From a virus (taxonomy: Duplodnaviria > Caudoviricetes), in the IMG/VR virus record IMGVR_UViG_3300037851_000299, positions 1-59,482 of that record: DNA of 59,482 nt, one strand, 5' to 3'. Made by a program: the position numbers and the translations under genes. The stretch's first letter is position 1. Every line of letters starts with the position of its first letter. Below the pieces are notes generated by a model. That model made no database searches. It worked only from the letters and a program-made list of their open reading frames with translations, and had not been told where the DNA came from. Below are positions 37,152 to 47,600 of the stretch, piece by piece.

Positions 37152-38365
37152 CCCGGAAGATCGACTGGCCTGCGGTGCTCTTCGGCATCGTCGTTGGGTT
37201 GGGGCTGGCGCTCACCGCCCACTGTGAGACGCATCTCGAGTACGTGCCGCCTCTGTGGCACGACACTTCGGACAACCAGGCGGCAGACCCAAACAACCCG
37301 CGAGCGATGGGGGCCTCGATTCTGACGTGGCGGGGCCAGCCGTACCTGATCTACTCAGACGGTAACGAGCTGCGGCGGCGCACCATCTACGGCGACGGTA
37401 GCCTGGGACCTTACTCGCAGTCACACTTCGATGTCCCCCCACCGTCAGACCAGGACTACATCCTGATGGGCTGGTCGCAGTGCGACGACTGTCGCTACGG
37501 GATCGCTGGCTACAACACGCAGGGCACGGTGCTGTGGGACGCTGGCACCGGCAACAGCCCCCTCTTCGGGGATTCGAGGCGCTACCAGGATGCTGGCACC
37601 CTCGGTGGACTGACCTGGATGTACGGTGGCAAGCAGTACGTGGTGAGCAGGGTGCCGACAGCGTGTCAGGGCTGGAGCGTGGCAGAGATCACGGGCATCG
37701 AGGCTGCGAACCTGAGGCTCGTAGAGTGCGTGGCAGACTTTACTGGCACGCCAATCTCAGTGGACGGCGGCTTCTGGATGCCGGAGTCGGCGACTACCGG
37801 CTGGGTCTACCTGCTCGACAGCGGGTTGAGGCGAGTCCACCCGTACAGGGTCACTCAGCAGGGCACTGACCCTCACTTGACTGCCTTCCCGTGGGCAATC
37901 AACGCCGTGTGCATCAGGGACTGCGGGCTGTCTGTGGCTTGGCCTGAGCGCATGGCTGTGAGCGCCTTCAACGACGGCATGAGGGTGTGGAACATTTACA
38001 ACCCGACAGCCCCCGTACTACTGAGCACGACCGCGCTGCCCATCACAGCAGCAGGCATGAGCGCAGAGGTCCGCTGGCCCTACGCATACGTGTCCACGAT
38101 GGCTGGGGTGAGTACGGGCAGCACGCACCTGTTCGACCTCACGGACCCGGCGCACCCGGTTGAGGTCAATTCCGGCTTCTGGGACTCAAGCCAGCCCTGG
38201 AACAGCTTCAACTGGATGAGCAACAAGGGGGGGACGTGGTGGGGAGACAACCTGTACCTATCCCGTTATTCAGTCGGGGAGCGGTTTCTCTTAACAGTGG
38301 AACAGCCTGTTCAGCTCATCTTTACTGATGGGTTTGAGTCCGGCGACACAGGAGGATGGAGATGA
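37148..38365 (+). CDS. Secreted beta-propeller (LVIVD-like repeats) with C-terminal IFxDGFE motif
   Basis: Signal peptide; VWNIYNPTAP, YAYV...LFDLTDPAHP; ends IFTDGFESGDTGGWR. Confidence 0.75.
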   Translation: MTRKIDWPAVLFGIVVGLGLALTAHCETHLEYVPPLWHDTSDNQAADPNNPRAMGASILTWRGQPYLIYSDGNELRRRTIYGDGSLGPYSQSHFDVPPPSDQDYILMGWSQCDDCRYGIAGYNTQGTVLWDAGTGNSPLFGDSRRYQDAGTLGGLTWMYGGKQYVVSRVPTACQGWSVAEITGIEAANLRLVECVADFTGTPISVDGGFWMPESATTGWVYLLDSGLRRVHPYRVTQQGTDPHLTAFPWAINAVCIRDCGLSVAWPERMAVSAFNDGMRVWNIYNPTAPVLLSTTALPITAAGMSAEVRWPYAYVSTMAGVSTGSTHLFDLTDPAHPVEVNSGFWDSSQPWNSFNWMSNKGGTWWGDNLYLSRYSVGERFLLTVEQPVQLIFTDGFESGDTGGWR

Positions 38366-38565
38366 CACAAATGCGGCGCGTGTGTCATTGTTGTTTCGAA
38401 CGGAAGCACGTCTGTCCGCAGTGTGGGTGGTGCATGGAGTGTGCGGCAACTGACGATGCTGAGTTTGCGCTCGAAGACCCTGCGAATACCCCGTGTGATG
38501 GGCCAGTCTGCGTGAGGTGGAGAGCCGAGAGAGAGCCGCAGGCGGTACGTGAGCGCAGACCATGA
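38362..38565 (+). CDS. Small Cys-rich protein
   Basis: CHCC, CPQCGWCMEC; ATGA overlaps. Confidence 0.55.
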   Translation: MTQMRRVCHCCFERKHVCPQCGWCMECAATDDAEFALEDPANTPCDGPVCVRWRAEREPQAVRERRP

Positions 38566-38768
38566 GCATCACGATCCGCAACGACGACGAAGGGAAGCTC
38601 GACGAGGTGTTGACCGGGCCTGCCATGCACGTTCACCTCGAGCGGCTCGATGTGGGGCTGTGGTGGCTCGGGATCACGACGGTGGATGGCGAGCTGATCA
38701 ACATCGATCTCCAGACCTCGAGGCCAGGGAAGACCCCGATCACGGGGACGGTGGAGCGGGAGGGATGA
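38562..38768 (+). CDS. Hypothetical protein
   Basis: VHLERLD..WWLG; ATGA overlaps. Confidence 0.65.
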   Translation: MSITIRNDDEGKLDEVLTGPAMHVHLERLDVGLWWLGITTVDGELINIDLQTSRPGKTPITGTVEREG

Positions 38769-39508
38769 GCAACAGCCTGTTTGGTATCTGGAGCTGCCCG
38801 GAGTGTGGCGCGACCGCGCTCGAGGGACGGCTCTGTGAGGAATGTGCAGCAACCCGCCGCCGGAGTCTGCTCGGCGGCACAACCGAACGACGGGAGGACA
38901 CGATGATAGATGATTTGACAGCGGATCAGGAGCGACGAATCAGGGAGATCGCAACCGAGGTGATTGACGCCCGCATCGCCGGATGGCAGCAGGAGCAGGT
39001 GGAGAGCGTCGAGGCCGAGATGGGGGCGGAAGACGCCGCCGCACCACCCCCGACGCTACAGCATCCGGCGGTGGACCTGCCCCGGGGGGTGATCGCCACC
39101 CTCTGCAACCAGCTCGCGGAGGACCTTGGGGCCGAGGAGCTCGACAAGCTCCAGGCCGGGGTCGACCACTACGTGGCCCTGTACCAGGCGCAGCACCCGG
39201 AGGAGCCGGTCTCGACAGGGGAGCGGGCGAAGGCGTGGACCATCGCGTTCGTGATCGGGACGAAGTTCGGGCAGTGGCCCGTGTCGCCGGCTGGGAGCGC
39301 CATCCGCGAGTGCCTGCTCGACAGCGCCACGAAGGGCGTGGGCGCGCCCCGCATGTGGGAGGAGCACCCCGTCACCCACGAGCGGCGTCTCGTCGGCATC
39401 CCCGCCTCGATGCAGTGGCTCTCCGATCTCGAGGCTGGCACCCACACGGGCGGGTCCGGCAAGATCCCCGAGGGGACTCCGGTCACCCCGAAGAAGAAGG
39501 AGGAGTGA
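38765..39508 (+). CDS. Hypothetical protein (second start at 38903)
   Basis: ATGA-coupled start with CPEC/CEEC segment; in-frame ATG at 38903 after GGAGG. Confidence 0.65.
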   Translation: MSNSLFGIWSCPECGATALEGRLCEECAATRRRSLLGGTTERREDTMIDDLTADQERRIREIATEVIDARIAGWQQEQVESVEAEMGAEDAAAPPPTLQHPAVDLPRGVIATLCNQLAEDLGAEELDKLQAGVDHYVALYQAQHPEEPVSTGERAKAWTIAFVIGTKFGQWPVSPAGSAIRECLLDSATKGVGAPRMWEEHPVTHERRLVGIPASMQWLSDLEAGTHTGGSGKIPEGTPVTPKKKEE

Positions 39509-39512
39509 CCCG

Positions 39513-39677
39513 ATGAGCTGGGCATTCGCGGGCGGCCTCGGTGCCGCCACGGCGTTCTGGCTGCTGCTGTTCTCGGTCATCCCGGGGGTGGCGGTGCGGC
39601 TCGCCGAGCAGCGGCTGCGTGCCATGGAGCGGTTTCACAACTGGGTTCAGCGGAAGCTGGAGGGGAGGATGGTGTGA
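39513..39677 (+). CDS. Small single-TM protein (54 aa)
   Basis: GGAGGAG RBS; MSWAFAGGLGAATAFWLLLFSVIPG. Confidence 0.6.
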   Translation: MSWAFAGGLGAATAFWLLLFSVIPGVAVRLAEQRLRAMERFHNWVQRKLEGRMV

Positions 39678-39925
39678 GCGATGCACTCCGTGGGCTGCGG
39701 ACGTTCCTCGTCGATCTCGCGATGGTCATCGGGCTGGGCGCAGTCGCGATCTTGGTCGCCCTGAAGGACCCTAGCTCAGGGCCGGAGCTGCTCATTCAGC
39801 TCGGCATCGGGTACGGGGCGATTGCGGCGAAGGGCTACGCCGGGAAGAAGCGCGCTGGCGATGTCGAACTGGCGAAGGGGGCTCAGGCCGCCGCTCGGAT
39901 CGAGACAGATGGAGGTGGAAAGTGA
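39674..39925 (+). CDS. Holin candidate
   Basis: 83 aa, two hydrophobic segments, charged tail, upstream of spanins. Confidence 0.6.
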   Translation: MSDALRGLRTFLVDLAMVIGLGAVAILVALKDPSSGPELLIQLGIGYGAIAAKGYAGKKRAGDVELAKGAQAAARIETDGGGK

Positions 39926-40374
39926 TCTACCTGAGGCTACTCAAGTGGGGGATCCCGATCCTGCTCGTGATCATCGCCGTGGCGTTCGCGGCGGATGCCA
40001 GAGCCCGAGCGAAAAAAGCGGACGGAGAGCGGCTCCAGCTCGTCGTCGAGAAGGCGAAGCTCGAGGAGCAGCTCGCCACCACGCAAGCCGAACGCGACGG
40101 GGCGAGGGATGCAAGGGCGGCGTGCGAGACCTCGGTCAAGGACTTCGTGGCGCGGGAGAAGCAGAAGGACGACGCCTTCGTGATGGAGCAGGAAGCGATG
40201 CACGCCCGCGAGTTGGAGCGTGAGCGGCAGCTCTTCGACTCGGAGCGCCAGGTGATCGACCTGCACCGCCGGCTCGAGGCGTTGCCCGAGGGGGACCGCT
40301 GCGAAGCCGCGGCTCTGGAGACCGGCGACTGGTACCGGGCCGTGCTCCTAGGGGAGGTGGCCGATGCGCCGTGA
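39922..40374 (+). CDS. i-spanin (Rz-like)
   Basis: N-terminal TM, long coiled coil, Cys residues. Confidence 0.7.
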   Translation: MIYLRLLKWGIPILLVIIAVAFAADARARAKKADGERLQLVVEKAKLEEQLATTQAERDGARDARAACETSVKDFVAREKQKDDAFVMEQEAMHARELERERQLFDSERQVIDLHRRLEALPEGDRCEAAALETGDWYRAVLLGEVADAP

Positions 40375-40708
40375 CACCATCAGCCCCGACGACCGGCGCG
40401 ACGTGCTGATCGCGCTCGCTTTCGTCGCGCTGCTGCTCGTGATCTCGCTGCTCGCCGGCTGTGCCACTTGCCCACCGCAGCGCCCGTGCCCACCCCCGGA
40501 GACCACGACTGTGATCGCACACGGCGAGTGCAAGGCGCCGCAGGTCTCGGCCGTGAAGTACCCGGAGCTGCCCAGTGAGGCGCCTTCGGAGGTCATCGTC
40601 ACGACCCTACGCATGGCCCTGGCACGCTGCATGGCGGGCATCAGCGCCCGCGACGAAGCGCTCGTGGCCGTCGAGAAGACGGGTCTTGCACCCGCTCTCC
40701 CGCCCTGA
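40364..40708 (+). CDS. o-spanin (Rz1-like lipoprotein)
   Basis: LLAG-C lipobox, Pro/Cys-rich, overlaps i-spanin end. Confidence 0.72.
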   Translation: MRRDTISPDDRRDVLIALAFVALLLVISLLAGCATCPPQRPCPPPETTTVIAHGECKAPQVSAVKYPELPSEAPSEVIVTTLRMALARCMAGISARDEALVAVEKTGLAPALPP

Positions 40709-40738
40709 TATCCTGACCTCGCATTCGTTCCTCCTGAA

Positions 40739-40771
40739 GGCCCGGGGGTCGCGCCCCGGGCCGACCCTTTT
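40739..40771 (+). terminator. Probable terminator
   Basis: GGCCCGGGG/CCCCGGGCC hairpin then CCCTTTT. Confidence 0.5.
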
Positions 40772-40825
40772 CGCCCCGACTTGACACCGCAGGCCCCGGA
40801 GGGTGTAGCATCGAACCGGGGACCC

Positions 40826-41275
40826 ATGGGCAACTACCTCATCTACGCTCCACCGGCGACCAACGACCTCAAGGACCACCTGTCGGCTACGGTCCTGGCG
40901 TCCATCCTCAGCGACCTCTCGACGGACGCCGAGAAGCTCGCAGCCGTCAACGCCAAGCTCGACGCTGCCGAATCTGAGGTCGACTCCTACCTGGCAGCGC
41001 AGTACGCGGTTCCGCTCACAGCTCCGCCCGAGGCCGTCGTCGAAGCGGCTGCGACCCTGACGGTCGTGCGGCTCTATCAGCGCACCTCGTCGATCCCCGA
41101 GGACGCGTGGGAAGCGGCGAAGGCCACGAGGGTGTGGCTGGCTCTGGTAGCCGCCGGAAAAATCTCCCTGGTGCTGGCGGAGGCCGACGTAGGGGCCCCA
41201 GCCGCGACGACTGGCGTGGTCATGAGTGATACGCAGGAGCGTCAGTTCTCGCGGGCCACCATGGGGATGGCCTGA
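40826..41275 (+). CDS. Head-tail adaptor, Mu gp36/DUF1320-like
   Basis: AESEVDSYLAAQYAVPL...WLALVAAGKISL...FSR. Confidence 0.88.
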   Translation: MGNYLIYAPPATNDLKDHLSATVLASILSDLSTDAEKLAAVNAKLDAAESEVDSYLAAQYAVPLTAPPEAVVEAAATLTVVRLYQRTSSIPEDAWEAAKATRVWLALVAAGKISLVLAEADVGAPAATTGVVMSDTQERQFSRATMGMA

Positions 41276-41739
41276 TGGCCGTCTTTCGTCTCGACGCCCG
41301 GAAAGCCCTCGCTGAGCTCCAGCAGGTCAGCGACTACCTGGTGATCAACGAGGCCCTCGATATCGCTGGCGAGATGGTCCTCGATTCCTCGCAGCAGGCG
41401 TTTCGCGACTCGCAGGATCCCGTCACCGGGGCGCCCTGGCCGCGGCTGAAGGCTGGGACGATTCGTCGCCGGCGCAAGCGCGGACGTGGCGCGCAGATCC
41501 TCATGGACACCGGACTGCTACGGCGATCTCTAGGGCGCGGCGGGCCGCAGAGCGTGTGGCGCCGCACGGGCAGCGAGCGGCTCGAAGTCGGAACTGTCGT
41601 CAGGTACGGGGTGTACCACCAGAGCAACAAGCCGCGCAAGGTGATTCCGCGCCGTCGCTTCCTCGGCGTCAACCGCCAGGTGGGCGAGGCTGTGCTATCG
41701 GTCGTTCGCGTCGCCGTCGAGCGGCGCCTGAGGGGGTGA
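41275..41739 (+). CDS. Virion morphogenesis protein, Mu gpG-like
   Basis: DPVTGAPWPRL, ILMDTGLL, VGT..YG.YHQ, IPRRRFLG. Confidence 0.9.
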   Translation: MAVFRLDARKALAELQQVSDYLVINEALDIAGEMVLDSSQQAFRDSQDPVTGAPWPRLKAGTIRRRRKRGRGAQILMDTGLLRRSLGRGGPQSVWRRTGSERLEVGTVVRYGVYHQSNKPRKVIPRRRFLGVNRQVGEAVLSVVRVAVERRLRG

Positions 41740-42218
41740 GCGTGGCGCTGGTATTCGACCCCGGCCCCGTCGAAGACGAGCTGGTCGCTCTGCTCAAGGC
41801 CAACATCGCCGAGGTGCACGGGGAGGTGTACCCGACGACGGATCCGCACACGGACATGCAACACGTGGTGCGGCATCCGCCGAGCCTGCTCGTGCAGCAC
41901 ACCACCCTGGCCCTCGCCCCGGGCTCGCAGCCGGCGGGCCGGGCTCCCATCACGCGCCGGTGCATCGCGGGCTTCCGTGTCGTGGTGGTGCACCGCAACC
42001 TTCGGCGCACGGAATCCGATCGTGAAACGGCCGGCCTCTACGAGATCATGGACCTGGTGCTCGACGAGCTGTTCGACTTGAGGCTCGCCCGGTTTGACGG
42101 ACCATTCGACCTGGACGATCCGCCGTGGGAGGCGATCGAAGACGACGAGGCCAAGCGGCTGCAGGCGTGGGCCGTAAACGTGGCCGCCCCGCTGACCCTG
42201 CGGTCAACGATAACGTGA
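41736..42218 (+). CDS. Tail terminator-like protein (Mu gp37 position)
   Basis: Size, position, GLYEIMD. Confidence 0.6.
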   Translation: MSVALVFDPGPVEDELVALLKANIAEVHGEVYPTTDPHTDMQHVVRHPPSLLVQHTTLALAPGSQPAGRAPITRRCIAGFRVVVVHRNLRRTESDRETAGLYEIMDLVLDELFDLRLARFDGPFDLDDPPWEAIEDDEAKRLQAWAVNVAAPLTLRSTIT

Positions 42219-42237
42219 CGAACAAGGGGGTTTGACG

Positions 42238-42621
42238 ATGCGCTGCATGAGGTACATCGGGGGTCAGTCGGGCCAGGGGGGCGCGATGCGGGCGTTCGGC
42301 TACCGCTTCGTGCTCGGTCAGGCGACCAAGATCAAGGACGCGGACGTGCCGAAGTTCACGGTGCAGCGGGTGAAGCGCGACGCCGACGGGGTGCAGCTTC
42401 GCGACCCCGAGACGAAGCAGCCAATCGTGGAGGCAGTATTCCTGCCGGGCTACGAGCTCTTGCCGGAAGACTTCTCCCCGACGTCCACCGACGAGATTGC
42501 GGTGCAGCTCGAGGCCCCGGCGACCCTGAGCGGCGACGCCGTTGAGGCGAGGCGCGAAGGCCGCTCCCGGAGGGTGCGAACGTTCCACGATGACGCGGTA
42601 GAGGAGGTGTCCCATGGCTGA
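42238..42621 (+). CDS. Hypothetical protein
   Basis: Tiles between terminator-like and tube genes. Confidence 0.6.
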   Translation: MRCMRYIGGQSGQGGAMRAFGYRFVLGQATKIKDADVPKFTVQRVKRDADGVQLRDPETKQPIVEAVFLPGYELLPEDFSPTSTDEIAVQLEAPATLSGDAVEARREGRSRRVRTFHDDAVEEVSHG

Positions 42622-43594
42622 GCACAGCGGCTCCGAGTTCGCCCTGGTTCTGATCGAGCAGGAGACGGATCTGTTCACGAAAGAGGTGGCCCCGGCCGGC
42701 ATCCGTCTGCCGTTCGACTCGTGGGACGGCAACCCCGGCATGTCGTCCGAGGAGCACGTGCAGATCACGGGGACGCAGATCCCCGCCGGGCCGCTCGATG
42801 GGTTCTTCGACCCCTCAGCGAAGGTGACGGCAGCTGCGAATCTCGACTCGTTCGGATGGTGGCTGCGACACGCAGTCGCGATCCCGACCACGGCTGGGGC
42901 CGTGGACCCCTACAACCACACCTTCGGGCTCGGCAATGCCAACGGGATGCCGATCGCCGCCGAGATCGCGTTGCAGTCGAACGAGACCGGGCCGACCAAC
43001 ATCAGCCGCCTCTGGTGGGGCGGACGCGTTGCGTCCTTCGGTGGCTCGCTCGAGGCCAAGGGCGCGATCATGCTCGACATCGGCTGGGAGTTCTACCGGC
43101 TGGACGGGTGGGCGGCAGCGCACGCCGTGGCAGCTCCGACCGAGTACGATTCCGAGGTCCTGGTCGACTGCGGCATCGGGGTCTGGAATCTCACCGGCTC
43201 TCCCGTCAGCTACCTGACCAGCTTCAAGTGGAACATCGACCGCCGTGTGACCGCGCGTCATCCCGCCGGCGTCGGCGGACTGCGGAGCACGGTCAACCGC
43301 GGCGTGCCCAGCTGTTCGGGCAGTCTCGCCGGCTTTGCCAACGACGACGCGATCGACGACATGATCGACGCGGCCGAGGCGAAGACCCCCGTCACGATGT
43401 CGTGGGTCTACACCATTTCTGCGGGACCGCCGCTGCGACGCCTCACGGTGACCCTGACCGACGCCCGTCTCTACCTGACGTCCGAGAAGATCGCGATGGA
43501 AGGCGTTGATTTCTCGTTCGACTGGAAGGCTGCCGGCGCTGCCGACTGCATCACTTTCCGGCTGGACAACAGCGTCGTCGCTTACGCTCCGTAG
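42614..43594 (+). CDS. Major tail tube protein
   Basis: 326 aa beta-rich, YNHTF; upstream of chaperones and tape measure; no sheath gene. Confidence 0.75.
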   Translation: MAEHSGSEFALVLIEQETDLFTKEVAPAGIRLPFDSWDGNPGMSSEEHVQITGTQIPAGPLDGFFDPSAKVTAAANLDSFGWWLRHAVAIPTTAGAVDPYNHTFGLGNANGMPIAAEIALQSNETGPTNISRLWWGGRVASFGGSLEAKGAIMLDIGWEFYRLDGWAAAHAVAAPTEYDSEVLVDCGIGVWNLTGSPVSYLTSFKWNIDRRVTARHPAGVGGLRSTVNRGVPSCSGSLAGFANDDAIDDMIDAAEAKTPVTMSWVYTISAGPPLRRLTVTLTDARLYLTSEKIAMEGVDFSFDWKAAGAADCITFRLDNSVVAYAP

Positions 43595-43610
43595 TCGTAG
43601 GGAGGCATCC

Positions 43611-44309
43611 GTGGAAGGACTCGAAAAAGACGAGATGGGGCTGGCGATCATCGAGGCGCGCAAGCTGGAGAGCGAAGCCGCGAAGCGCGTGGTGGATGAC
43701 ATCCAGGCCGACCAGGCGGAGCAGGAGAGGTTGCGGGACGAAGCCATCCAGAAAGCCGCCGACGCCGCGGCTGCTGCCATCGACTGGGGCGTTCCGGCCC
43801 TGGTCGGGCGGGATGAGCCGCTGCCGGTCGAGATCCCGATGACTCGGGACGGGGCTCGCAAGGCGACGTTCTACCTGCGGCGCGCCTGGGACGTCCTGTT
43901 CATGATCGAGATGGAAGAGGCGGGCGTTCCGTCCGACATCAACCTTCAGCTCGGCGGCGCGCGGACGAAGGAGGCGATGATCGAGTTCAACAAGCGCGTG
44001 GTCGCGCAGAACCGGCACGCTGCGGCGCGCCTGCTGGACGAAGCGCACGCCTGGGATCCGTTCGAGCGTGACGACGGGACGACCTGGACCTACCGGCCGC
44101 CAGCTCCCGACGAGGTGGGAACGTCGAAGGACGACCGGGTCAGGCTGGCCTGTGGCCTACTGCGTCAGTTCGGCAACCTCAAGTCCAAGGCGTTCATGCT
44201 CGGCATGGGCATTCGCGAGGTCGTTGAGGGAAACTCCGAGCCCTCGTCCGCTCCCGGGGAGTCGACCGCTCTGCTTCCCAGCGTGCCCGAGACGCCGCTG
44301 CCCAGCTGA
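43611..44309 (+). CDS. Tail assembly chaperone (gpG analogue)
   Basis: GGAGG RBS, GTG start; contains slippery G GGA AAC at 44228-44234. Confidence 0.7.
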   Translation: MEGLEKDEMGLAIIEARKLESEAAKRVVDDIQADQAEQERLRDEAIQKAADAAAAAIDWGVPALVGRDEPLPVEIPMTRDGARKATFYLRRAWDVLFMIEMEEAGVPSDINLQLGGARTKEAMIEFNKRVVAQNRHAAARLLDEAHAWDPFERDDGTTWTYRPPAPDEVGTSKDDRVRLACGLLRQFGNLKSKAFMLGMGIREVVEGNSEPSSAPGESTALLPSVPETPLPS

Positions 44310-44680
44310 GGGCGCAGGGACTGGACGAGGCGGCCCGAGACATCGAGGAGCGCCATGTTGACCCACGACGAGACCAGGCCCGCCCGCTCGGATGCAACGT
44401 CCTGGCGTGGCGGGCCTACCGCCTTGTGGACGACTGTCGCGTCGGCGCTGGTCTCGGTCTCATCTCGCTGGACTGGCAGGCAGTGGGCAGGGTACTCGGC
44501 TGGCACGGGATCGCCATGACCGGCGCGCTCCACCTGGCGCTCCGTTGCTGCGTTGACGAGCAGCTGACGCTCGAGGGCGAGCGCAGCAAGAAGACGCAGG
44601 AAGCGAACGCCTCCGCCCAGCCGGCGCGTAGTCAGCGCGTCCGCAGACTTCCGCGGCGCGGCGGAGCGAGGTCATTCTGA
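44228..44680 (+). CDS. -1 frameshift extension of chaperone (gpGT analogue)
   Basis: The -1 frame is open from the slippery site to 44680 and contains GLISLDWQAV. Confidence 0.7.
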   Translation, partial: GKLRALVRSRGVDRSASQRARDAAAQLRAQGLDEAARDIEERHVDPRRDQARPLGCNVLAWRAYRLVDDCRVGAGLGLISLDWQAVGRVLGWHGIAMTGALHLALRCCVDEQLTLEGERSKKTQEANASAQPARSQRVRRLPRRGGARSF

Positions 44681-47600
44681 TGGCCGGCCAGAAGACAGAG
44701 CTGACCCTCGAGATCCTCGCTAGGGTGCAGCAGTCGATCACCGACCTCAACGCGGTGAAGGAATCCATCCGGCAGTTGGATCAGTCCACCGGCACTGCCG
44801 CCATGACGTGGCAGAGCGCCGAGGACGGGTTGCGGAAGATGGGGACCGCAGCCACCGTCGTCTTCGGTTCGCTCTCCGCCGCCGCCGGCCTCAGCGTCAC
44901 CAAGTTCGCGGAGTACGAGCAGGCCGTCGTCAACGTCCAGAACATCACCGAGATGTCCGACGCCTCGATGCAGGGGTGGGTCTCCACCATCGGCGAGCTG
45001 CCGCCAACGCTTGGATCCTCGACCGACCTCATGCGCGGCCTTTACATGACGATCAGCTCGGGAATCACCGAGCCGGCCGCTGCGATGGAGGTGCTCGTTA
45101 CCTCAGCCAAGGGCGCGAAGGGCAACCTGGCCGAGTTGGTGCCTACACTCAGCGGATTGACCTCTGTTCTCAACGCCTATGGCCTCGAAGCTGAGGACTC
45201 CACCGCCGTCATGGATGCGATGGTCAAGACAGTTGACCTCGGGAAGCTGACGTTCTCCGAGCTTTCCAATTCCATCGGGCAGGGTATCTCGGTAGCCTCA
45301 AGTGCCGGGGTGAGCTATCAGGAGCTGCTAGCCGTCATCGCAACCCTCACCCTTAACGGGCTCGATGCATCGGAGGCGATGACCTCAGTCCGCAACATCC
45401 TGATGGTGGCCCTGAAGCCGACAGACCAGGTTCGAGAAGGAATGGCGAAACTTGGCGTCGACATCTCTGCCGCCGCCATGGCTGAGAAAGGCCTCGCAGC
45501 CTGGATGGCCGACGCCGCGGCCAAGACCCAGGACAACGCCGAGATGACGGCGCTGCTGTTCCCAAATATCCGGGCGCTCAACGGCGCCCTGAAGCTCACG
45601 TCAGAAGAGGGCGGCGAGAAGTACCGCCAGGTCCTGAATGACATCGAGAACTCCCAGGGTAAGACCGAGCGGAACTTCGTCCGCATGTCGGCGACGTTCA
45701 AGGCCGGCTGGGATGCGATGGTCGTCGAGCTGAACGGAGTCCGGCGCGAGTTCGGCGACACGATCGCGCAGGGACTTACGCCGTACGTCGCGAAGATCAG
45801 CGAGGCGGCGCGGGCGATGGCGGCCATGAGCCCGGAGGCCCGCCAGAGCATCGTCGACGCCGGGGCCTACACCATGGCCCTTTCCGGCATTGTCATCGTC
45901 CTGCCCAGGGTGATCGCCGGTGTGCGCGCCCTGGCTGCCGCCAACGCTGCCACGACCATCGCGGTACAGGGTGGGACGGTAGCCCTCGGTGCCTGGGGTG
46001 TTGCCCTGGCTGCAGCCTACGTGGCCGGCAAGGGCATCGAGGCGTGGCTCAACAACATGAACCAGCTCACGAGTGAGTACGCCCGCGGGCTCGAACAGTC
46101 CACCGCGGAGCAGACGCGGTGGTATGCGATCCTGCGCGAGTCCGGCGCAGACATCGACGCCATGCTCGCCAACTACTCGGAGCTGACAGACTCCCAGGTC
46201 GACCTCGAAACGGCGTTCCGCCTATCGGCGCGCGGGATCGGCGAAGGCGCGTGGGCCTATGCCTACATGCGCGACGAGATCGCCTTGACCGGCTCGAGTA
46301 CGAAGGAGCTCGCCAAGGACCTGGACCTGTGGCAGGCGGTGCTCGACCACAACGGACTCGTGATCGCCAGCACCGGGGACAAGTACGGCGACCTCAAGAC
46401 CGCGATGGATCTGGCCGCTCAGGGGCTCGGTCCCCACGCCGCGGCTTACCAGCAGATGACGCAGCTGCTGGAAAAGACCAACGGCAAGCGGGAGCGCGTC
46501 ATCCAGCTGATGGCCGCAGAGGCGCAGCAGACCGCGGCGATGAACCGGGCGTCCGAGGAGTCTGCGCGGCTGATGGATGAGCTGTCCGGGGCCCAGGACA
46601 GGGTGACCGCGGCTCTCGCCGAGGCTCGAGACGGCATGACTGGCGACGAGCGCATTCGACTCCTCGCCGAGCTGGCGGACTTGGAGACGCAGGAGCAGAC
46701 GCTGACCTCGGCGATCAAGGCGCAGAAGAACCCGACCGAAGAGAGTCGGCTCGGGCTGGCGCGGCTCAAGGACGACACCGCCAAGCTGAAGAAGGAGTTG
46801 GGGGAGACCAGCAAGAAGGCCAAGGACATCATCTCCGACTTCACCGGCTGGATGCGCGCGACCGTCGCGGCCGGGGCGGCCGCCACCAGCTTCGGTCTCG
46901 TCACCGGAGACCTGGTGACCGGTCAGGCGGCTTTGCAGCGCGGGCTGGAGTCGGTTGTCACTCAGCAGGTGGCGACGGGGCGCGCCGCGGACGTGCTTAC
47001 GGGCCTCATGGATGAGCAGACGCGATCCGGAGCGAACCTGCAAAAGGCGTGGGGGGACGCCGGCATCACGGTCGGCGACTTCGGCGGCGCGCTGGTCGCT
47101 TCTGGGCACAACATCGACGAGGTCGTCGGCAAGCTCAACGGCGCGGGGCTGTCGGCCAGCAACATGCGGCTCTCGATGGACGACGCCCGCCTCATCGCCG
47201 GCGAGCTCGGAATCGCGTTCGGCGGCCCCGGTGGTCTCGCCCAGGCCCTCATCGAGGCGGCTAACTCGGGAATGGACCTCGAGACCTGGCTCAAGAACAA
47301 GCTGCCGCCCGCGACGGATACGGCCGGGCGCGCTCTCCTCGAGCTGCAGGGCCAGCTCCTCGGGGTGTTCAGCGGCGGAATCCGCGACCTGCTCGGCGGG
47401 CAAGTCGAAGACCTCGGCGACTTCCTCGGAGACCTGTTCACCGACATGGGCGGGAACCTCGCCAGCGCGATGGGCGAGGCGTTCGTCGCGGGACTCGACA
47501 CCGGGGACTGGTCGGGGCTCGGCGCGCTGTTCGGGGGTGAGGCCGAGGGCGTCTCCATGGCCGACCGCGTGAGCGGCATCGCCTCCGGCCTCGGCATGGT

